Shown here piece after piece: positions 57,171-64,000 of a stretch of DNA of 64,000 bases (position 1 is the first letter of the stretch; each line of letters opens with the position of its first letter). Source of the DNA: Octopus sinensis (taxonomy: Eukaryota); assembly GCF_006345805.1 (NCBI RefSeq), contig NC_042998.1, forward strand, positions 67,580,001-67,644,000, written 5' to 3'. Below the pieces are notes generated by a model, which saw nothing but the letters and a program-made list of their open reading frames with translations, ran no database searches and was not told the DNA's origin. Both the position numbers and the translations under genes were made by a program.

Positions 57171-57622
57171 CAGTTCTATATTTAAGAGATGAGGAATTAT
57201 GTGCATTATTTACATTCAACGGATAATTGTCCTCATCTTGTTTGATGTTAACACAACAATTCGGCTGGTATAACCTCCAGTCTTCTTCAGGTGTCTTGGG
57301 GAAATACGTCATATGTCCACGGGCATATGGCGTAGTGGTTAAGAGCACAGGCTACTAACCCCAATATTCTGAGTTCGATTCCAAGCAGTGACCTGAACAA
57401 CAACAACAACAACAGAAATAATAATAATAATAATAATAATGATAATAATAATAATAATAATAATAACAACATCTAAAAATACCTTAGGAATACGAACCCA
57501 GGTTCGAAATTTCCACAAGACACCTGATGAAGGCTGGATGGTATATCAGCCGAAACGTCTTAACAACAAACAAGATGAGGACAAATACCCGGTGAATGTA
57601 AATAATGTAAATAATGCACAAT
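57171..57622 (+). mobile_element. tRNA-headed SINE with hammerhead-bearing 3' tail, preceded by an inverted copy of the tail
   Basis: A box TGGCGTAGTGG (57328-57338), B box GAGTTCGATTCC (57371-57382), (AAC/AAT)n linker, then CUGAUGA A GGCUG..CAGCC GAAAC (57524-57556). The inverted tail copy at 57171-57305 carries a degenerate HHR at 57250-57295. Confidence 0.8.
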
Positions 57623-58651
57623 TATTTGTTTATCGAACACTGCGAGTTGGCAAAATCATAAGAGCTTCAGAGAATTGCCTTGAAGTTACATATTCCGACA
57701 AGTTATGTTCAACGATCAAATTCGCCTGCGGTAACGTTTGCTTTTCATCATTCCAGTGTCGATAAAATGAAATACCAGTCTTGTATTCGAGCCGAACGTA
57801 TTGAGTAACTCGTCACCTCAAAATTGCGGCTGTTGTTTGAATCAGAAATCATTATTTCTTTACTTAATCAAGCTCGCCACCTTATTTCATAAGTGATATA
57901 ATGCCACCCCTTATTTTAACCATTAATATATTCCAACTTTAAGTACAGAACCACTTAGTAATTTCGAAGAAATATGATAGATTTTCATGTGAAACATCCT
58001 GTATTCAGTTTCAAATTTGAAAAACGATTAAATAGAAATATGAATTGCAAATAAACGATTAAAATTGTGGAATAAACTAACCGATAAATTAGTAATCATG
58101 CTTAAAAGCGAATTCACCAAAGTTCACAAGTGAGTGGAATAATGATTAGGCTATAATTGCAAACAAGCAAGTACATGATTAATGAATGGTAGTGATTATG
58201 AAAATATTAATTAAATACAGGCAATCGATAATCCCTAAACGTATTATTCAAACAGCCTCGGATTTTATGGACGTATACTCACCAAGGGAATACCGCTTAC
58301 TCTAAAGGATACGTTATTTGTGGGGCGATATATTAAGGTCTATTGTTTCATTATCGGTCAGTGTTTGTTCTTATCGAAACACAGATACAAGCCTATATAC
58401 GGGGAGCTGCGTAGTAAGACAAAGAGAAAACAATTGATATAATTGGATGTTATCTCCTACTTCGTAATTAGTGTATAGGTATTTTATGGCTATTAAAACA
58501 AAATCTTCTATTAATACGAAACGTATGGTAACACTTGATAACGACATTATATCAGAAGTAATATGATAGTATCATATGCATATAACTTAACAGAATGAGA
58601 TAAAATAAATCCAAGGTTGTGAATAGTTTGCAGAACATTTATAACGAAAAG

Positions 58652-58699
58652 GTCTTACAGATGTTTCCGGGATATTTTATATATACTTTCATCAGAGAC
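58652..58699 (-). ncRNA. Degenerate type I hammerhead motif
   Basis: Minus strand reads GUCU CUGAUGA AAGUAUA-UAUAAAA-UAUCCCG GAAA CAUCUG UA AGAC. Core and helix I intact, helix II decayed. Confidence 0.6.
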
Positions 58700-59191
58700 G
58701 GTGCAAGAAAATGTCTGTGTGATATATGGTGTTTCTTATGTTTGTATGTATATATATATATATATATATATATAATTATATATATATATATAAGTTTCAA
58801 GGAAGCACTTCAATTAACTACCAGCTCATTGCACTAATTGAATAGGAGTAGGTCATCGGCAGTAATGAAGACGATGACCTCGCCCTGGTAAAGCTTACAC
58901 AACGCCCAATTGATTAGAAGGGGAGTGGGGGACTGAAACTGTGATCAACCATTTGATTTCAAATTTAAAATAATTCGAATTCAGTTTGAAAAGGTGGACA
59001 GCCGAAGTTTAGGATTGTTAAATGAGTATTGAGGCACATAATTCCTACTTATAGATCCTCTATAGTACTTAAGACGTTACGTGTTACCACAGTGTATTTA
59101 AAGACCATGTTTTTCACTTAGTCTCCTTCGGTGGGCAGATACAGGATCAACAGCCGGCCATATTTTATTATTTCCAAAATAATAAATCTCG

Positions 59192-59259
<68 letters not shown>

Positions 59260-59266
<7 letters not shown>

Positions 59267-59430
59267 ACAACTCGTGGTGTGCTTATGCTTTCGTAGATTA
59301 GCGGTTCGGCAAATTAATCGATAGGTGTAGTACCACGCTTTAAAAGATAAACTGATGGAATTTATTCATTAGACTAAAATTGCTCAAGATGGTGCCCCAG
59401 CATGACCGCTGTTTAATGACTGAAACAATC
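59260..59430 (+). mobile_element. SINE family A tail after (GT)n
   Basis: TTGACAAC..TTAGCGGTTCGGCAAA..GGTGCCCCAGCATGACCGC..TGACTGAAACAA. Confidence 0.75.
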
Positions 59431-60354
59431 AAGACACTAATGAGTTATTATTTAGGTATGGCTTGATTTGTATTTAATTTTCTTTACAAAGATTTGTAAC
59501 TCTTTCGGGGAACGGGGACGTTAATTTTAATTTCCTTTTTTTCTTAATCAGACGTTCGCGCCTTATTTCGGAAATTCATACAAAGCTCATTATTATGTAT
59601 TGAAATAACTATTACGTGAGAAATGAAAATTCACTTTATGTAGTAACTTTAGCTACGATTCTTCACACAGGAAAATAACAGTAATAGAAATAATTATGGT
59701 GCGTTCCATCCCACTGCAAATGTTAGTCGCTTATACTTGAAAGAGTTTCGAGGGAGAGAACTGAATACTTCTGATAGTGTAAATCTTGTCTCTTTTACTT
59801 GTTTCAGTCATTGGACTACGGCCGTTTTGAGTACCATCTTGACGCGGGAGAACCCCTTGGTGATGGGGCACTGTCTTGATGCTGAAGCACCACCTTGAGT
59901 ATAAATAGAATGTAAATTTTAACAAACTATTGCTTTCAATGAAATAAAGCAAGGCATTTTGTCTGGTGCTCCAACGCTTCTGTCAAGTGAATAATAAATA
60001 GAATGAGAAAGAACAGACAATTAAATACACGATCGCTCCGTTGGCGTGTCTGACATTTGAAGATTAATTAAAATACACAGGCCTTTGATCAATGAATGCA
60101 TGTTTTCAGACAGATTTTTTTTATTAATATGAAAGTGAAAAAGAGGAATCTGCGTCTGTAGACAATGGCACTACATCTTCAGAAATTGGATTAAATAACG
60201 TTCTCATGTAGAAGCATTTTGGAGGGAATCGAAAGCTGTAGTTTGATGTTAGACAAAAGGGTCCTAGAGGAACTTTATTCTTTTCTTTTTCTTCATAGCT
60301 GTGAAAAATGTTCATTCTACATTACGAAATGTTTTATTCAAAAATAGAGATTAG

Positions 60355-60520
60355 AGACGTATGTATGGCTACATGGTTAAAGAATTTGGTGTTGCAACCA
60401 CATGGTTCCAGATTCAGTCTCACTGCTTGCAGAATGTGGTTTAAAGTTGTTCAGCTGTAGCCTGCGTTGTCACCATATTCGTGTGGTTAAATACAGAAGA
60501 AATTTGTATGGAAATTTACT
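60355..60520 (+). mobile_element. SINE family A head, diverged
   Basis: TGGCTACATGGTTAAAGAA..CAACCACATGGTTCCAGATTCAGTCTCACTGC. Confidence 0.7.
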
Positions 60521-60571
60521 GTGTGCACACACATGCTCACACACACACACACTCATATATAAATATATATA

Positions 60572-60609
<38 letters not shown>

Positions 60610-60637
60610 TAAGTAATAAGGATGTCTAGGTATTAAG

Positions 60638-60724
60638 TGCATTACGCCCGTTTCAGACGGCTCCATTTAATCGATCAGTGCAACCATTACATCAGTTTGA
60701 TATACATCGCCTTCTTCAGTTGCA
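60638..60724 (-). ncRNA. Type I hammerhead motif within a ~270-bp element between (TA)n tracts (60606-60880)
   Basis: Minus strand reads UGCAA CUGAAGA AGGCG...CGUCU GAAA CGGGCG UA AUGCA. Core intact, helix II 5 bp, helix I has a closing mismatch. Confidence 0.72.
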
Positions 60725-60880
60725 TAAGACCATATAGCTTTTCAACATACACTAATACCTGGACATCCTTGTTAATTATTTGGTTTATATTCAACGTCGA
60801 ACTGTGGCGGAGAATACCGAACTGACGACTTAGTGCCTCAACTTCAGTACCTAACTGTAGTGAATTTTAATTATTTCTAT

Positions 60881-60969
<89 letters not shown>

Positions 60970-63227
60970 GAGAGAGAGAGGAGAGAGAGTGAGAGAAGAA
61001 ACAGATAGAGGGATACATATGTGGTCATAGACATATAGATAAACAGATGTATGTATGTGTGAGTGTGTGTGTGTGTCTGTATTTGTGCATGCGTATTCGT
61101 GCATGTGTATTTGTGTATGCCTTCACGCCTTGAGCGCACATCGCGCCAGTTTTAAAGAGACACACCGTCATAGAATCGATGTTGTATGATTGTAATGTTG
61201 TTAGAAACATTGTCCTGGCTAGATGTAATATATGACCATGATTATAGATAGGTGAACGTTGATGACCGAAAGACCATCAACCACAGATAATTTGCATGAA
61301 CAAAATTCCTCGACCCCTTCAAAGAGGAAAACATAGACGTTAAAACAATAACGATGATGATTAGGAAGATCAGTAAGAGGAGAGGTGTAGGGAAGGACGT
61401 GGAAATGAGATCAGTATGGTTACGTTCGTAATTTATCAAATAAAAAAAAAGCAGAAACGTGAGCAAAATTAAAGGTCTATCAAGTCAACAAAGGGACTTT
61501 GTAGGTTATTTCATATAAATCATATCCGATCATCTTATAAAAGAGAACGATGATTTGAATTATATAGTCTCGGTTATTTCTAAACAGACTGGATCGGAAT
61601 TCCTTTGATTGTATGTGTGCAAGATCTGTTTTGACCTGAGAATAAGTAAAAGCGATATCATAACGAAATTAGTATTGCAAGCCAGTATGAAACTCTAATT
61701 TTACAGCAGTTCTTTGATATATCATTTTGAAGAATTTTATTGAAGTTATTTCAATATCTAAGTGGTGCATGTCTTTAAACGTGAAGAGCCAGAGTTATGG
61801 AGACATTAGCTAGAAGAGGCATAGGAATGCCGTCTCGCCTCAGTCATTCTTAATTTTCGCTTAGTTACATACTTAACAAGCATTATATATAGACTATCTC
61901 TCGCTCTAAAATCTTTTGAGAGTAACTATACGAGATGAATACGATAACTTTCATTCGAAATAACTGTTTCAAGTAGCTCCTTTCTTTTTTTTTTTACTCA
62001 AATAAGCAATTTTATTGTATTACATTCAATTTCTTTTTACCATTTTCCTTTATCTTTCTCCCCAAAAGTATCCATTTATCCGGTGTGTATGAATCAATAC
62101 GCCCTTAATAAATCAATTGAATCTTTTTCTTTCATCTGACTGTGAATCAGGCTTTCGATTTCGAATTCCTATAAGTAAACAGAACTGACACAACAAAGCA
62201 GTTCACAAAATGGCCGTCTTTTCTCCATTATTCTAACAACCATTTCAGCGTGACCATACCAATTTGTTCTCTTTGATGTCCGGCTTTTCTTCTGGCTGTT
62301 TAATTTCTCTATATATTGATAAATCTTTCGCAGGCTCTTGACCTATAAATTTAAGAAGCTGACAAAGGTCAAACAATCACATTAACTCGCTCATTTCTTT
62401 TATATAATATACCTTCTCTCAGATGAAGTTTCCTTGCTCTCTCTCTCTCTCTCTCTTACCATAATCTCTGTTTTCCTCTTCATCTATATATCAATTATTT
62501 CTTTTTCAAGTGGTTTTGGACGTGGCAGACGAATGCAACATCAGTAGCAGTTCATTTACATTATGTAATTCGTTACATTAGTGATCCGAGTTCAAATTCT
62601 GCAGAGTTCAATTCCGTTTCTCAGGTTACTTGGAGTCGATATTGTCAGAGCTAATAATATTGCTAGGGTTTATTTAATTATGACACGAAGTAAATATTAA
62701 TATTATATTAAGTCAAAAACATTCAGTAACAATTTTCTTTCAATTGTTCCTTCCGTCTTTCTTCCATTTCTTCCTCCCTCCCTTTCTTTCTTTCTATCTT
62801 TCCTATCATACATTTCCGTGTAATATTTTCTTTCTATATTCTACACATCAGTCTACACATATTTAGTTCCCTTACCCAACGATAATTTCTTAACGGTCGC
62901 AAACAAATTTACGCAAAAATATGCAAGAGCCTCCCTTACATGCGAGACTACCTATACATATTTATATGTGCACAACTTCTATCAGTATATATATATGTAT
63001 ATATATATATAGAGAGAGAGAGACAGACAGAGAGACACAGAGAGAGAGAGACAGAGACAGAGAGAGGGAGAGACATATATAATGACATAGATAGATAGAT
63101 ATGTGCATACATATAAATGTATATATATGTGTGTATGAACATCTATATATACATACATATATACATATATATACAAACAGACACATACACACACACATAT
63201 ATATATATACATATCTATCTATCTATC

Positions 63228-63289
<62 letters not shown>

Positions 63290-63960
63290 TATATATATTT
63301 ATATGTATATATGTATATGCACATATATATGTATACCCAGGCATAAAAACATGAAAATTTGCAGCAGCTACGCAAGTATTACTCCCACATGCAGGTAACT
63401 TCTCATACACTCCGACAAAAATCGTCACGCATTTGCTTATATGCACTGCATAGTTTTGTGCTCCTACTGATAAGTACCAAGTATAAACATTATGTCGCAC
63501 ACAAATATATATCTTATTCTCTTATATTCGAACATACACACCTTGACATGTAGAACAAGACATGAGCACGTGCTTATCGACAAATGCGAATGAAAAATTC
63601 ATAACAATCCTATCCTCAAAATATTACATGCATGCAGTTGCTGTTGTCATTCTGATTCTCCAGAGCGTCGGCTGCGGGGTCACTCCGAAAAGCTTTATCT
63701 GCGACAATTTCATCTCAATCGAAGTAGAAGGGCTTTCTCCGTCTGGGTTGCGGATCCGGGGAATAAGCTGAACTCTTTACATGAACACCACCCTGTACAT
63801 AACTCCATGTCCCCCTACATGGCCTTGCGTTTTGCTTTTTTTAGCCAAAAAATTAACTAACTAACATATATATATATATATATATACATAATATATATAT
63901 ATACGTATATATATATATATATATACATAACATATATATATACGTAATATATATATATAC

Positions 63961-64000
<40 letters not shown>

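Noticed and set aside
57321-57393. tRNA gene candidates (also 17337-17410 and the SINE A/B heads)
   Set aside because: A and B boxes are present but the cloverleaf and acceptor stems are imperfect, and they continue into repeat bodies. They are SINE heads.

Overview
AT-rich, microsatellite-saturated eukaryotic DNA. The SINE repertoire and (TA)n/(CA)n density suggest an octopus (coleoid cephalopod) genome; this is an inference. The only convincing host coding sequence is the first coding exon (4115-4534, +) of an NMDA-type glutamate receptor GluN2/Nmdar2-like subunit. It ends at a CAG|GTAAGT donor, and I found no next exon, so the remaining ~59 kb is probably one giant intron. That intron is filled with three or more tRNA-derived SINE families, CR1, Tx1/L1 and R4/Dong LINE relics, a mariner relic, a MITE and a Penelope GIY-YIG relic. 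The main hidden signal is about 12 minimal type I hammerhead ribozyme (HHR) motifs (CUGANGA / helix II / GAAA / palindromic helix III / UH) from roughly nine sequence-unrelated short elements. Most of these elements sit in (TA)n tracts and several form inverted Penelope-like structures. One is fused to a tRNA-derived Pol III head. One inverted copy begins essentially at the predicted cleavage site. Most HHRs are antisense to the receptor gene, and every sense copy is either mutated or paired with its own antisense arm. Nearly all listed six-frame ORFs are microsatellite artefacts. Repeat boundaries are approximate and were read by eye.
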